This document shows positions 39,121 to 49,210 of a stretch of DNA of 64,000 nucleotides, in pieces. Both the position numbers and the translations under genes were made by a program. Each line of letters starts with the position of its first letter. Position 1 is the stretch's first letter. Origin of the DNA: an uncultured Alphaproteobacteria bacterium (lineage in GTDB: Bacteria > Pseudomonadota > Alphaproteobacteria > Sphingomonadales > Sphingomonadaceae); assembly GCA_963730925.1 (NCBI GenBank), contig CAVSTS010000008.1, positions 121,457 through 185,456 of the forward strand, in the 5' to 3' direction. The notes under the pieces are model-generated. The model had not been told where the DNA came from, did not search any database, and was given only the letters and a program-made list of their open reading frames with translations.

Positions 39121-42114
39121 TTGCCGAATCGCTCGCTGCGCTCGCGTCGTGCCGTGCTTTTGGCCGGTGGCTGTTGCGCCTCATTGCTCGCTGCCGGCCT
39201 GCCGTCCCAAGCCTGGGCTCAGACGCCTCCGGAACAGACTGTCCCGCCGAACCAAGGTACTGCGGTGCAGCCGAACCCGGATGCGGAACAGCCGGACACG
39301 GCGCCGATACCCGGCGAACCCGATGCACCGCAGCCGGACCAGGCCCCGGGAAACATTCCGCCGCCGCAGGATGAGGGCGCGATCGTCGTCACCGGCATCC
39401 GCGCCGGCCTCCGTTCGTCGGTCAACATAAAGCGCAGGGAACAAAGCATCGTCGAGGCGGTGTCGGCAGAAGACATCGGCAAGCTACCCGACATCTCCAT
39501 CGCCGAATCGATCGCGCGCCTTCCGGGCCTCGCCGCCCAGCGCGTTGGCGGCCGCGCTCAGGTCATTTCGATCCGCGGACTTGCCCCCGATTTCACGACA
39601 ACCTTGCTCAATGGCAGGCAGCAGGCGAGCTCGGGCGACAATCGCGCCGTCGAGTTCGATCAATATCCGTCGGAGCTCCTCTCCAGCGTCGTCATTTACA
39701 AGACGCCGGACGCCAATGTGGCCGGCATGGGCCTTGCGGGCACGGCCGACCTCAGGACTGTCCGGCCGCTTGAATTCGGCAAGCGCGTGATCGCGGTCAA
39801 CCTTCGCGGCGAGCTGAACGGGACGAAGAAGCTCAATCACGACGTAAAGCGCACCGGCTGGCGCGGCTCGCTCAGCTACATCGACCAGATCACGCCGGAG
39901 CTTGGGGTGGCGGTAGGTGTCGCCTATCTCGATTCCCCGTCGAGCACCCGGCACACCAGCGTCTACAATTACGAACAATTCTGTCCGGGGGGCGAGGATT
40001 TTTGCCTGTTTCTTCGCGACCAGATCTCACCCCATAGCGCGGACCTCGCGTTCTTCCCGACTGGCCAGGAAGTATTTGCGAGATCAAAAACCAACAAGCG
40101 TCTTGCGGCGCTCGGCATCGTGGAATGGCAACCGAGCGACCGTGTGCACTCCGTCCTCGATCTCTATTATTCGCGTTTCAAGCAGCGTGAAACGATGCGC
40201 GGGGCGCAGTGGTTCGACAATCTGTGGGTCGACAACACGAACTACAACAATGTTGTGACCGAGGACCGCGGCGGCACGCTGGTGGCGATCAGCGGCACCG
40301 CTACCAACATCTCGCCGCAGCTTCGCAACGACTACAACACGCGCGACGATTGGCTGTTTTCAGCGGGCCTCAACAATGCGTTCAAGCTGACCGACGAACT
40401 CTCGCTGCTGACCGACCTCAGCTACTCGCGCAACAAGCGCATCGAGAGCGTGACGGAGACTTATGCCGGCTTCGGGTGCTGCGTCCCCGCGGCGGTGCAA
40501 AACGATCACCGCGTCTTCGATACGATCAGCTGGGACGTCAGCGACAACATCAATGACAAGGGGTTCCCGAAGTACACCGAAGGCCTCAACTACGCTGACG
40601 CCAATCAGGTCTCGCTCGGCGATCGCGCGCCGTGGGGCGGCTGGGGGCATGACGGCCTCACCAAGGAGCCGCATGTCAAGGAGCAGGTCTACGCTGCCGA
40701 CGGCGGCTTCCGGTACGAACCGACCGGAAGCTCGCTCGAGTCGATCGACGTCGGGGCCAACTTTACGCGGCGCGACAAGAGCAAGTTCGTCGACGAGTGG
40801 GATCTTTTCCTCAAGAACGGCCGCATGCAGGTCCTGGTCGATTCAGACTTGTTGGTCGATCCGACCGACCTCGGATTCGCGGGTTTTGGCGATGTGATCG
40901 CCGTCGATCTGCCCGGCGGCGCGCTCGAGCGATATTACGACCGTTCGCCCACGGTGGATTCGAACCATTTCGACAAGGCGTGGAAGATCAAGGAGGACGT
41001 GCTCACAATCAAGGCGCGTGCCCAGTTCGCGTTTGGCAATCTCCACGGCAACATCGGCGTCCAGGCTGTCCACCAGAAGCAGCAGTCGGAGGGCCAACGG
41101 ATCAACTTTACCGCCACCCCACCCATCATCGAGCCTGTGACCGAAGGCGCGAGCTATTGGGATATTCTTCCTAGCCTCAACACCTATTACGATCTTGGTG
41201 GCGGCCACCGGATCCGCTTCGCCCTCTCTCAAGTGATGGCGCGCCCGCGCATGGACGAAATGCGGGCCAATCTGACCCCGTCGTTTAACAGCAATCCTTG
41301 CGGCGGGCAGTCCTGTCAGCCAGGGCAAGTAGTCGAAGTTTGGTCCGCGAGCGGCGGCAATGCGCGGCTCAAGCCTTGGCGAGCAAAGGCAGTCGACCTG
41401 AGCTACGAGTGGTACATCGGCCCCGCCAGCTACATTGCCATCGCCGGATTCTACAAGAAGCTCGACACGTACATCTTCAACCGCGTCTTCCCCTTCGATT
41501 TCAGTAGCTTCCCTGCCCCGCCGATCGATCCCAGCACGCCACCTGGCGTTATTATCAGTGAGATCGGCACCGTCACCATGCCGGCAAACGGCAAAGGCGG
41601 AAACATCTACGGCATCGAGCTCAGCGGGGCGCTCGAGCTTGGGCGCGTCGCCAAGTTCCTTGACGGCTTCGGCGTGATCGCCAGCTTGTCGAAAACCAAG
41701 TCGAACCTGAATCCGACGGACAATTCAGGCGAGGAGATCCGCATTCCGGGCCTGTCGGGCACGGTCTATAACGTGACCGGCTATTTCGAGAAGTGGGGTT
41801 TCCAGGCTCGGCTCAGCTACCGTTACCGTTCGAAGTTCAAGGGTGAGGTGGTGCAGTTGTTCACCAACCGCGGCTTCACCGAAATCCTGGCTGACAGGCA
41901 GCTCGACGGGCAGTTGGGCTATTCCTTCCCGGACACGAGCCAGTTCCGTAACCTCGGCATCCTGCTGCAAGTCTATAACCTGACGGACTCGCCCTATCGA
42001 ACGCGGATCGGCCTCGATCAGGGTGGACCTACGACTGCCAACGGCGGCACGTTCATCGAACAATATGAGAAGTACGGCCGCCAGTGGCTCCTCGGCTTGA
42101 ACTACAAATTCTAG
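39121..42114 (+). CDS. TonB-dependent receptor
   Basis: 997 aa with a signal peptide, a Pro/Gln-rich linker, a plug (IVVTG, DISIAESIARLPG), a long beta-barrel and a C-terminal LGLNYKF. Confidence 0.9.
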   Translation: MPNRSLRSRRAVLLAGGCCASLLAAGLPSQAWAQTPPEQTVPPNQGTAVQPNPDAEQPDTAPIPGEPDAPQPDQAPGNIPPPQDEGAIVVTGIRAGLRSSVNIKRREQSIVEAVSAEDIGKLPDISIAESIARLPGLAAQRVGGRAQVISIRGLAPDFTTTLLNGRQQASSGDNRAVEFDQYPSELLSSVVIYKTPDANVAGMGLAGTADLRTVRPLEFGKRVIAVNLRGELNGTKKLNHDVKRTGWRGSLSYIDQITPELGVAVGVAYLDSPSSTRHTSVYNYEQFCPGGEDFCLFLRDQISPHSADLAFFPTGQEVFARSKTNKRLAALGIVEWQPSDRVHSVLDLYYSRFKQRETMRGAQWFDNLWVDNTNYNNVVTEDRGGTLVAISGTATNISPQLRNDYNTRDDWLFSAGLNNAFKLTDELSLLTDLSYSRNKRIESVTETYAGFGCCVPAAVQNDHRVFDTISWDVSDNINDKGFPKYTEGLNYADANQVSLGDRAPWGGWGHDGLTKEPHVKEQVYAADGGFRYEPTGSSLESIDVGANFTRRDKSKFVDEWDLFLKNGRMQVLVDSDLLVDPTDLGFAGFGDVIAVDLPGGALERYYDRSPTVDSNHFDKAWKIKEDVLTIKARAQFAFGNLHGNIGVQAVHQKQQSEGQRINFTATPPIIEPVTEGASYWDILPSLNTYYDLGGGHRIRFALSQVMARPRMDEMRANLTPSFNSNPCGGQSCQPGQVVEVWSASGGNARLKPWRAKAVDLSYEWYIGPASYIAIAGFYKKLDTYIFNRVFPFDFSSFPAPPIDPSTPPGVIISEIGTVTMPANGKGGNIYGIELSGALELGRVAKFLDGFGVIASLSKTKSNLNPTDNSGEEIRIPGLSGTVYNVTGYFEKWGFQARLSYRYRSKFKGEVVQLFTNRGFTEILADRQLDGQLGYSFPDTSQFRNLGILLQVYNLTDSPYRTRIGLDQGGPTTANGGTFIEQYEKYGRQWLLGLNYKF

Positions 42115-42124
42115 GCTGACCTGA

Positions 42125-44095
42125 ATGTTTGAGTCGTCCAAGGCCGGTAGCGCCCGGTCGAGACTATTCCTGTGCCTTGCGTCGGCGTTGCTTGCATCGT
42201 GTCAGACGGCAGAGGCGGTTTGGCCCGCCAGGCCAGCGTCGGCGGTTACCGACCCTGTGCTCGATGCGAGGGTCCGTTCGATCGTCGCGGGAATGACCCT
42301 CGAGCAGAAGGTTGGGCAAATGACCCAGCCCGACATCCGCTCGGTGACGCCGGACGATGTCCGTCGCTACTATATCGGCTCGGTTCTCAATGGCGGCGGC
42401 GCCTGGCCGGGCATGAACAAGCATGCCACTGTCCAGGACTGGCTCGCGCTGTCCGACGCATTCACCCGCGCATCGATGTCGACCGACATGGCGGTGAAGG
42501 TGCCGGTGATCTGGGGCACGGATGCCGTGCACGGCCACAATAATGTCTACGGGGCCACGCTTTTCCCGCACAATATCGGGCTGGGCGCCGCGCACGACCC
42601 GAAGCTGATCGAGGAAATCGGCCGGGCGACCGCCGAACAAGTGCGTGCGACGGGGATCACCTGGGCTTTCGCGCCGACTCTCGCCGTAGTCCAGAACCCG
42701 CGCTGGGGCCGAACCTACGAAAGCTACAGCTCCGATCCCGAATTGGTGCGCCGCTATGCCGCGGCGATGGTCAGCGGGCTCCAGGGGCAGCTCGGAACTC
42801 CCACATCGGTGCTTGCGACGGCGAAGCATTGGCTCGGCGACGGCGGTACGTTCCACGGGGTCGACCAGGGCGAGACGCGGACGAGCGAAGCCAATCTCGC
42901 TCGAGTCCACGGCGCCGGCTATACCGCAGCTCTGGATGCCGGCGTGCAGACGGTGATGGTCAGCTATTCGAGTTTCACCGACACCGCGTCTGGCCGCGCG
43001 TGGGGCAAGATGCACGGCAATCCCCATCTCATCGGTGAGGTGCTCAAGCAGCGCCTCGGTTTCGGCGGTCTGGTGGTCAGCGACTGGAACGGCATCGAGC
43101 AGGTGCCGGGCTGCACCAAATTCCATTGCCCACAGGCGATCAACGCCGGGATCGACCTCGTCATGGTTCCAGATGATTGGAAGCAATTCATCGCGGCGAC
43201 GATCGAGGACGTCCGCGCCGGCCGAATCCCGATGAGCCGCATCGACGATGCCGTGTCACGGATCATTCGAGTCAAGATGGAGTCGGGCCTGTTCAATGCC
43301 TCTCCCTCGACAGGCCCGCACCCCAATGCGGTCGCGATGAATTCGCCGCCCGTGCGCGAGCTCGCTCGGGAGGCGGTGCGCAAGTCGCTCGTGCTGTTGA
43401 AAAACGACGGGGGGGTTCTGCCGCTCAAACGCGGCGGGAAAATCCTAATAGTCGGCAGGGGCGCTGACAGCCTGCCGATGCAGGCGGGGGGCTGGTCGCT
43501 GACATGGCAGGGCGATCAGACCAGTACGGCCGACTATCCCAACGCCGACACATTGCTTGCGGCCATGCGCAAATCCCTGGGGGCGGATCATGTCGATTAC
43601 AGCATCGACGGAAACGGCGTCGATGTCGGCCGCTACAGCGCAGTGGTGATGGTCGCCGCGGAAAATCCCTACGCCGAGATGAAGGGCGACATCACCTTTC
43701 CGGCATCCATGCGCCACAGTGCGCGCTATCCCGAGGATCTGCAGGCCCTGGAGCGCGTCAGCGGTAAGGGCGTGCCGGTCGTGACTGTGCTGTTTTCGGG
43801 ACGGCCGGTCGCGGCGAACGACCTTATCAACCGCTCCCAGGCCTTCGTTACTGCCTGGCTGCCCGGGACAGAGGGGCTTGGACTGACCGATCTGCTGCTT
43901 GCCCGTCCGGACGGTGGCGCCGCTTACGATTTCACCGGCCGGCTATCGTTCGATTGGCCGGCGGGGGACTGCCTGCCGCAACAAGGCGGAGTGCAGTTTC
44001 CGCGCGGGTATGGCTTGTCGTTCGCGAACCGATCCAAACTGGGCAACCTGAGCGAAGGGCCCGCGACCGTGGCATGCCCCGCGGATAGCCGCTAA
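42125..44095 (+). CDS. GH3 beta-glucosidase, lipoprotein/periplasmic
   Basis: Lipobox LASC, KHWLGDGG block and nucleophile context GLVVSDWNG. Confidence 0.85.
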   Translation: MFESSKAGSARSRLFLCLASALLASCQTAEAVWPARPASAVTDPVLDARVRSIVAGMTLEQKVGQMTQPDIRSVTPDDVRRYYIGSVLNGGGAWPGMNKHATVQDWLALSDAFTRASMSTDMAVKVPVIWGTDAVHGHNNVYGATLFPHNIGLGAAHDPKLIEEIGRATAEQVRATGITWAFAPTLAVVQNPRWGRTYESYSSDPELVRRYAAAMVSGLQGQLGTPTSVLATAKHWLGDGGTFHGVDQGETRTSEANLARVHGAGYTAALDAGVQTVMVSYSSFTDTASGRAWGKMHGNPHLIGEVLKQRLGFGGLVVSDWNGIEQVPGCTKFHCPQAINAGIDLVMVPDDWKQFIAATIEDVRAGRIPMSRIDDAVSRIIRVKMESGLFNASPSTGPHPNAVAMNSPPVRELAREAVRKSLVLLKNDGGVLPLKRGGKILIVGRGADSLPMQAGGWSLTWQGDQTSTADYPNADTLLAAMRKSLGADHVDYSIDGNGVDVGRYSAVVMVAAENPYAEMKGDITFPASMRHSARYPEDLQALERVSGKGVPVVTVLFSGRPVAANDLINRSQAFVTAWLPGTEGLGLTDLLLARPDGGAAYDFTGRLSFDWPAGDCLPQQGGVQFPRGYGLSFANRSKLGNLSEGPATVACPADSR

Positions 44096-44105
44096 CCATC
44101 TGCCC

Positions 44106-45599
44106 ATGCGCAAGATTCTCATCATCGGCGGCGGCACGGCAGGATGGATGACGGCCGCGCTGTTCGGAAAATTGTTCCAGGGCCTGTACGATATCGAGCT
44201 GGTCGAAAGCGAAACGATCGGCACCGTCGGAGTCGGCGAAGCGACCATTCCGGCCATCAAAAAGTACAATGAGCTCGTCCAGCTCGACGAAGCCGAGTTC
44301 ATGCAGCGCACGCAGGGCACCTTCAAGCTTGGAATCCAGTTCGTCGATTGGCTGCGCGACGGCCACAAATACATCCACGCGTTCGGAGTGATCGGCCAGG
44401 ATTGGGAATGGCTGCGATGCCATCATTATTGGCTGCGCGCCAATCAGCGCGGCCGCGGCCGCGATTTCGCCGACTTCTCGATCAATTGCGCCGCGGCGCT
44501 CAAGAACAAATTCATGCATGCGCGCGCCGACATGGCGGATTCGCCGATCGGTCATATCGCGCACGCCTTCCACTTCGATGCGTCGCTTTACGCCAAATAT
44601 CTGCGCGGGCTTGCCGAGCAGCACGGCGTAAAGCGGACCGAGGGCAAAATCGTTGACGTAGGCGTGCACGAGAATGGCGATATCGCCTCGGTCACGCTCG
44701 AAAGCGGTCAGACTATCGACGCCGACTTTTTCATCGACTGCTCCGGATTCCGTGGACTGTTGATCGGCCAGACGCTCGGGACCGAATATGAGGACTGGAC
44801 GCATTGGCTACCGTGCGACCGCGCCATGGCCGTGCCCTGTGCCCGGATCGATCCTCTGATCCCCCTGACGCGTTCGACCGCGCGCGCTCCAGGCTGGCAA
44901 TGGCGAATCCCGTTGCAGCACCGCACCGGAAACGGGCTCGTCTATTCGTCCAAGCATATCGACGATGATTCGGCCGAGGCCCTCTTGCTCGCCAATCTCG
45001 ATGGCGCGCAGCTCGCCAATCCCAACCGCCTGCGCTTCACCACCGGAAAGCGCCGCAAGATGTGGAACCGCAATTGCGTGGCGCTCGGATTGTCGGCCGG
45101 GTTCCTCGAGCCGCTGGAATCGACCAGCATCCACCTCGTCCAGTCGGCCGCGATCCGCCTCGTTCGCCTGTTCCCCGATCGGGCCACTGACCAGGCGACG
45201 ATCGACGAGTTCAACCGCCAGTCCGATTTCGAGTGGGAACGCGTCCGCGACTTCATCATCCTCCACTATTGGGCGAACGAGCGCGACGGCGAATTCTGGG
45301 AATATTGCCGCAACATGGACCTGCCCGCGACGCTGCAGCGCAAGATCGATCTGTGGCGTTCGAACGGCCGCATCTTCCGCGAAGACGAGGAGCTGTTCAG
45401 CGAGGAAAGCTGGATCCAGGTGTTCTTGGGCCAGGGCATTGTGCCGCGCGGTTACGATCCGCTCGTCGAGATCAAGAGCGATCCGCAGATCGAGCAGTTC
45501 CTCGGCAATATCGCCGCGACCATCGACCGCTGCGTCGAGGTCATGCCGACGCATGCGGAGTATGTGAACAAATTCTGCCCTGCGGAGCCGGTTGCATGA
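44106..45599 (+). CDS. Tryptophan-halogenase-family flavoprotein
   Basis: GGGTAGW FAD motif, GTFKLGIQF lysine block and the WQWRIP (WxWxIP) motif. Confidence 0.85.
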   Translation: MRKILIIGGGTAGWMTAALFGKLFQGLYDIELVESETIGTVGVGEATIPAIKKYNELVQLDEAEFMQRTQGTFKLGIQFVDWLRDGHKYIHAFGVIGQDWEWLRCHHYWLRANQRGRGRDFADFSINCAAALKNKFMHARADMADSPIGHIAHAFHFDASLYAKYLRGLAEQHGVKRTEGKIVDVGVHENGDIASVTLESGQTIDADFFIDCSGFRGLLIGQTLGTEYEDWTHWLPCDRAMAVPCARIDPLIPLTRSTARAPGWQWRIPLQHRTGNGLVYSSKHIDDDSAEALLLANLDGAQLANPNRLRFTTGKRRKMWNRNCVALGLSAGFLEPLESTSIHLVQSAAIRLVRLFPDRATDQATIDEFNRQSDFEWERVRDFIILHYWANERDGEFWEYCRNMDLPATLQRKIDLWRSNGRIFREDEELFSEESWIQVFLGQGIVPRGYDPLVEIKSDPQIEQFLGNIAATIDRCVEVMPTHAEYVNKFCPAEPVA

Positions 45600-47023
45600 G
45601 GCGCTCAGCGGCCGCGTTCCTGGCGTTCGTGCTGACCGCAGGTTGCGCCACAATCACCAAGGCTGCTCCGGGCGCTGCTGAAATGTGGCTGACGACGGCA
45701 GATGAAACACAAAAGCTTGCGTCGCGACCGGCCATCTTGCCAGCCGGTGCCGCTACGGGCGCCGAGGACATCACCATCGATTCCACCCGGCGCTTTCAAC
45801 GCATGCACGGCTTCGGCGCGGCGATGACGGATGCCTCGGCCGAGCTGTTCAGCCGGCTGCCGGAGGACAAGCGCCGAGCGATCATGACCGAACTATTCGG
45901 CCGGAAGAACGGCGGTCTCGGCCTGTCCTTCACGCGGCTTACGGTCGGCTCGTCGGACTTTTCGCGCACTCACTACAGCTACGATGACTCGCCCGGAAAC
46001 GCGCCCGACCCTGGACTTCGTCACTTTTCGATCGAGCCGGCGCGCCAGTATGTTCTTCCCCGCGTGCGCGAGGCACTGGCGATCAATCCCGACCTCATGG
46101 TGATGATCAGCCCGTGGAGCGCACCGGCGTGGATGAAGACCACGAAGAGCCTGATCAAGGGTCAGCTCGTGCCGGCCTATTATCCCGCCTTCGCCGATTA
46201 TCTTGCTCGAACGGTCGAAGCCTTCGGGCGCGAAGGCGTTCCGGTATCGATGCTGACCATTCAAAACGAGCCGGATTTCGAGCCGGACGACTATCCGGGG
46301 ATGCGCGTGAATCCGCCGGAAAGGGCGATCATCATCGGACGCCACGTCGGACCGGTCTTCAAGTCGCGGGGACTGAAGACGCAAATCCTCGATTACGACC
46401 ATAATTGGGATAATCCGGAGATGCCGCTTGCCGTGCTCCGCGACCAGCAAGCGCGCGACCAAATCGCGGGCGTCGCCTGGCACTGCTACGAAGGCGATGT
46501 TCCTGCGCAAACGCCGGTACATGACGCTTACCCCGACAAGGACGCGTGGCAGACCGAATGTTCGGGCGGGGACTGGTCGCCAAAGTTCGGCGAGGCACTC
46601 GGTTGGATGACCGACAAGCTGATCATCGGAGTCGCCAACAATTGGGGCCGCGGGTCGTTGATGTGGAACCTAGCGCTCGACCCGCGGCACGGCCCGCACA
46701 AGGGCGGATGCGGCGATTGTCGCGGGATAGTGACCATCGATCCGGCAACAGGCGCGATCACCCGAAACGTTGAATATTATGTGCTGGGCCATGCTAGCCG
46801 TCACATCTTCCCTGGGGCCTATCGAATCGCTGCGGCAAAGCGAGGGAAGGGTGTTGAAGCCGCTGCCTTCCTGAACGCCGACGGCAGCCGCGTCGCCATC
46901 ATTCATCGAGGCTCCGGCGAAAATCCTGTGACGATTGCAATCGACGGCGATCATTATTCCGTGCCGCTTCCCGCCGGATCTGTCGCGACCCTGCGCTGGA
47001 GCGAACAACGCGCCGCGAAGTGA
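45596..47023 (+). CDS. GH30 glycoside hydrolase (glucosylceramidase/beta-1,6-glucanase-like), lipoprotein
   Basis: ATG overlaps the upstream stop (ATGA). Lipobox LTAGC. Contains the FGAAMTDA and TIQNEPD blocks. Confidence 0.8.
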   Translation: MRRSAAAFLAFVLTAGCATITKAAPGAAEMWLTTADETQKLASRPAILPAGAATGAEDITIDSTRRFQRMHGFGAAMTDASAELFSRLPEDKRRAIMTELFGRKNGGLGLSFTRLTVGSSDFSRTHYSYDDSPGNAPDPGLRHFSIEPARQYVLPRVREALAINPDLMVMISPWSAPAWMKTTKSLIKGQLVPAYYPAFADYLARTVEAFGREGVPVSMLTIQNEPDFEPDDYPGMRVNPPERAIIIGRHVGPVFKSRGLKTQILDYDHNWDNPEMPLAVLRDQQARDQIAGVAWHCYEGDVPAQTPVHDAYPDKDAWQTECSGGDWSPKFGEALGWMTDKLIIGVANNWGRGSLMWNLALDPRHGPHKGGCGDCRGIVTIDPATGAITRNVEYYVLGHASRHIFPGAYRIAAAKRGKGVEAAAFLNADGSRVAIIHRGSGENPVTIAIDGDHYSVPLPAGSVATLRWSEQRAAK

Positions 47024-48309
47024 CGGACTCCGGGGCGGAGGAGCGCCGCTCGCTCGTGGCCTTCGCCGCGGTCACGACACTCTTTTTCGCCTGGGGCTTC
47101 ATCACCTCCAACAATGACCCGCTGATCGTGGCTTTGCGCGCCGCCTTCAGCCTCGACTATTCCGCCGCGCTTCTCACGCAAATCGTCTTCTTTCTCGCTT
47201 ATGGGCTGCTCTCGCTGCCGGCAGCGTGGGTCAGCAGCCGGATTGGCCCGGTCGATACGATACTCGCTTCGCTCGCGCTGATGGGCTGCGGGTGCATCGC
47301 CGTTGTCGTGAGCACCCGCGCGGAGAGTTTCTGGCCGATCCTTGCAGCCTTGTTCGTGCTCGCCGCCGGGTTCACCGTGCTCCAGGTGGCCGCCAATCCT
47401 CTGGCCGCCGAGCTCGGGCCGCGCAGGCGCAGCCATTTCCGGCTCAACTTCGCCCAAGCCTTCAACTCTCTCGGTGTGGTCCTGGGCGTTCATTTCGGAT
47501 CGCTGGTCATGCTTGGCGATCCGGTGTTGCGGTCGAGCGCGACCTCCATCCTCGACCCGGCGCGAAGGAACGAGGTGCTCGGAGCCATCGACCGTGCATT
47601 CCTGATTATGGGGGCACTGCTTGCCGGACTGCTCATACTCTTCACTTTGCTCCGCCGTTTTTTGTTGAAAGCCGCCCCCAACCATCGCCAAGCAATTCCG
47701 GACCGGACTTCCGACGTCCTGCGCTCGCCGTGGGGCATCTTCGGCGCGGTCGCGATCGGCCTTTATGTTGGCGCCGAGGTCTCGATCGGAAGTATCATGA
47801 TCAACTTCCTCAACCAGCCGCAGGTGCTCGGACTGCCCCTGGAGGATGCCGGCGCCTATCTCGCCAATTTCTACTGGGGCGGGGCATTGCTCGGGCGAAT
47901 CCTCGGTACGCTTCTGCTGACCAGGATTCGCGCGTGGCGCCTATTGGCGGCCTGCGGGATCACAGCCGTATTCTTGTGCACGACCGTGCTTGTCGGAAGC
48001 GGCCCCGTCGGCGGCTACGCTGCGCTCGCGATCGGCCTCACCAACTCGATCATGTTTCCGACTATTTTCGCCATTACATTGGAACGGTCCGGAGTTTCGC
48101 AGAGCTCGACGTCCGGTCTGCTGTGTTTGGCCATTTTCGGCGGCGCATTATTGCCGCTGGCGGTCGGAGCGGTTGCCGACCAGTTCGGGCTCGGTGTGTC
48201 CTTCCTCGTGCCGCTTGCGGCATACGCCTTCATCGCCATCTTCGCCGTCGCCGCGCGCAAATCCGCGGCACCCGCCAAATCGCATTCGGCGATCACCCCA
48301 ATCCCATGA
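47020..48309 (+). CDS. MFS glucose/galactose (FucP/GluP-type) transporter
   Basis: 12 TM with FFAWGFITSNNDPLIVALR, typical of the family. GTG overlaps the GH30 stop. Confidence 0.82.
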   Translation: MTDSGAEERRSLVAFAAVTTLFFAWGFITSNNDPLIVALRAAFSLDYSAALLTQIVFFLAYGLLSLPAAWVSSRIGPVDTILASLALMGCGCIAVVVSTRAESFWPILAALFVLAAGFTVLQVAANPLAAELGPRRRSHFRLNFAQAFNSLGVVLGVHFGSLVMLGDPVLRSSATSILDPARRNEVLGAIDRAFLIMGALLAGLLILFTLLRRFLLKAAPNHRQAIPDRTSDVLRSPWGIFGAVAIGLYVGAEVSIGSIMINFLNQPQVLGLPLEDAGAYLANFYWGGALLGRILGTLLLTRIRAWRLLAACGITAVFLCTTVLVGSGPVGGYAALAIGLTNSIMFPTIFAITLERSGVSQSSTSGLLCLAIFGGALLPLAVGAVADQFGLGVSFLVPLAAYAFIAIFAVAARKSAAPAKSHSAITPIP

Positions 48310-48322
48310 GCTGGAATTTGCT

Positions 48323-49162
48323 ATGATGCTTGCGGCAACGATCCTTGCGCTAGCGGCGCAGTCGACATTCACGGTGACCAACGCCAGCTACGACGGTCCG
48401 GTGCGACTGCCGCCTGATGCGCGGCTGGTGTGGCAGGATGAGTTCGAGGGCAAAAGTCTCAATCTCGATAAATGGTCCTTCGACACCGTGCGCAACAAGC
48501 AGGGCTGGCATAATGGAGAGCTGCAATATTATTCGGCCGGCCGCCGACAAAATACCCGCGTGGCCAATGGTGTGCTGACCATCGAAGCGCGTCACGAATC
48601 GCTAAGTTCCGCCGCGGATTGGGGCGGGCAGCATTACACCTCAGCCAGGATCGTCTCGAAAGGCGCGGGTTGGACCTACGGTTTTTATGAGATCCGGGCG
48701 AAACTCCCTTGCGCTCGGGGCACCTGGCCGGCGATCTGGATGCTGCCAGCCGACCTCAAGAAATGGCCGGACGACGGAGAGATCGACATCATGGAGCAGG
48801 TCGGGGCGGAGCCGAACCTCATTTATGCCTCGCTCCACACGCAATTGTTCAACCACGTGCTGAAGACCCAGCGCAGCGCCCAGCGGAAGCTGCCGACCAG
48901 CTGCTCGGCTTTTCACCGTTATCAGCTCGACTGGCGGCCGGACTCGATTACCATCGGTGTCGACGACCGCGGAATCCTGCGCGTCCGCAACGACCAGCCG
49001 GGGGGCAAGGGCGCCTGGCCCTTCGACGTGCCCTTCCATATGATCCTCAACCTCGCGATCGGCGGCGACTGGGCCGGTGCCAAGGGAATCGACGACGCCG
49101 CGATGCCGCAGCGGATGATCGTCGACTATGTGCGGGTCTGGCAGGTAAGAAACGACCGTTGA
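48323..49162 (+). CDS. GH16 beta-glucanase (laminarinase-like), secreted
   Basis: Start chosen at MMLAATILALAAQ. Catalytic ExDxxE motif as EIDIME. Confidence 0.82.
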   Translation: MMLAATILALAAQSTFTVTNASYDGPVRLPPDARLVWQDEFEGKSLNLDKWSFDTVRNKQGWHNGELQYYSAGRRQNTRVANGVLTIEARHESLSSAADWGGQHYTSARIVSKGAGWTYGFYEIRAKLPCARGTWPAIWMLPADLKKWPDDGEIDIMEQVGAEPNLIYASLHTQLFNHVLKTQRSAQRKLPTSCSAFHRYQLDWRPDSITIGVDDRGILRVRNDQPGGKGAWPFDVPFHMILNLAIGGDWAGAKGIDDAAMPQRMIVDYVRVWQVRNDR

Positions 49163-49210
49163 AGGCCTGGTGCGGGTCGCAGTTGACCTAGAACCGACCT
49201 CTTCTCTGAA

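Noticed and set aside
45233-45595. Upstream extensions of the GH30 ORF (start 45233) and the GH16 ORF (start 47990)
   Set aside because: The extensions overlap the preceding genes out of frame and are R-rich. Internal ATGs give proper lipoprotein or signal-peptide N-termini.
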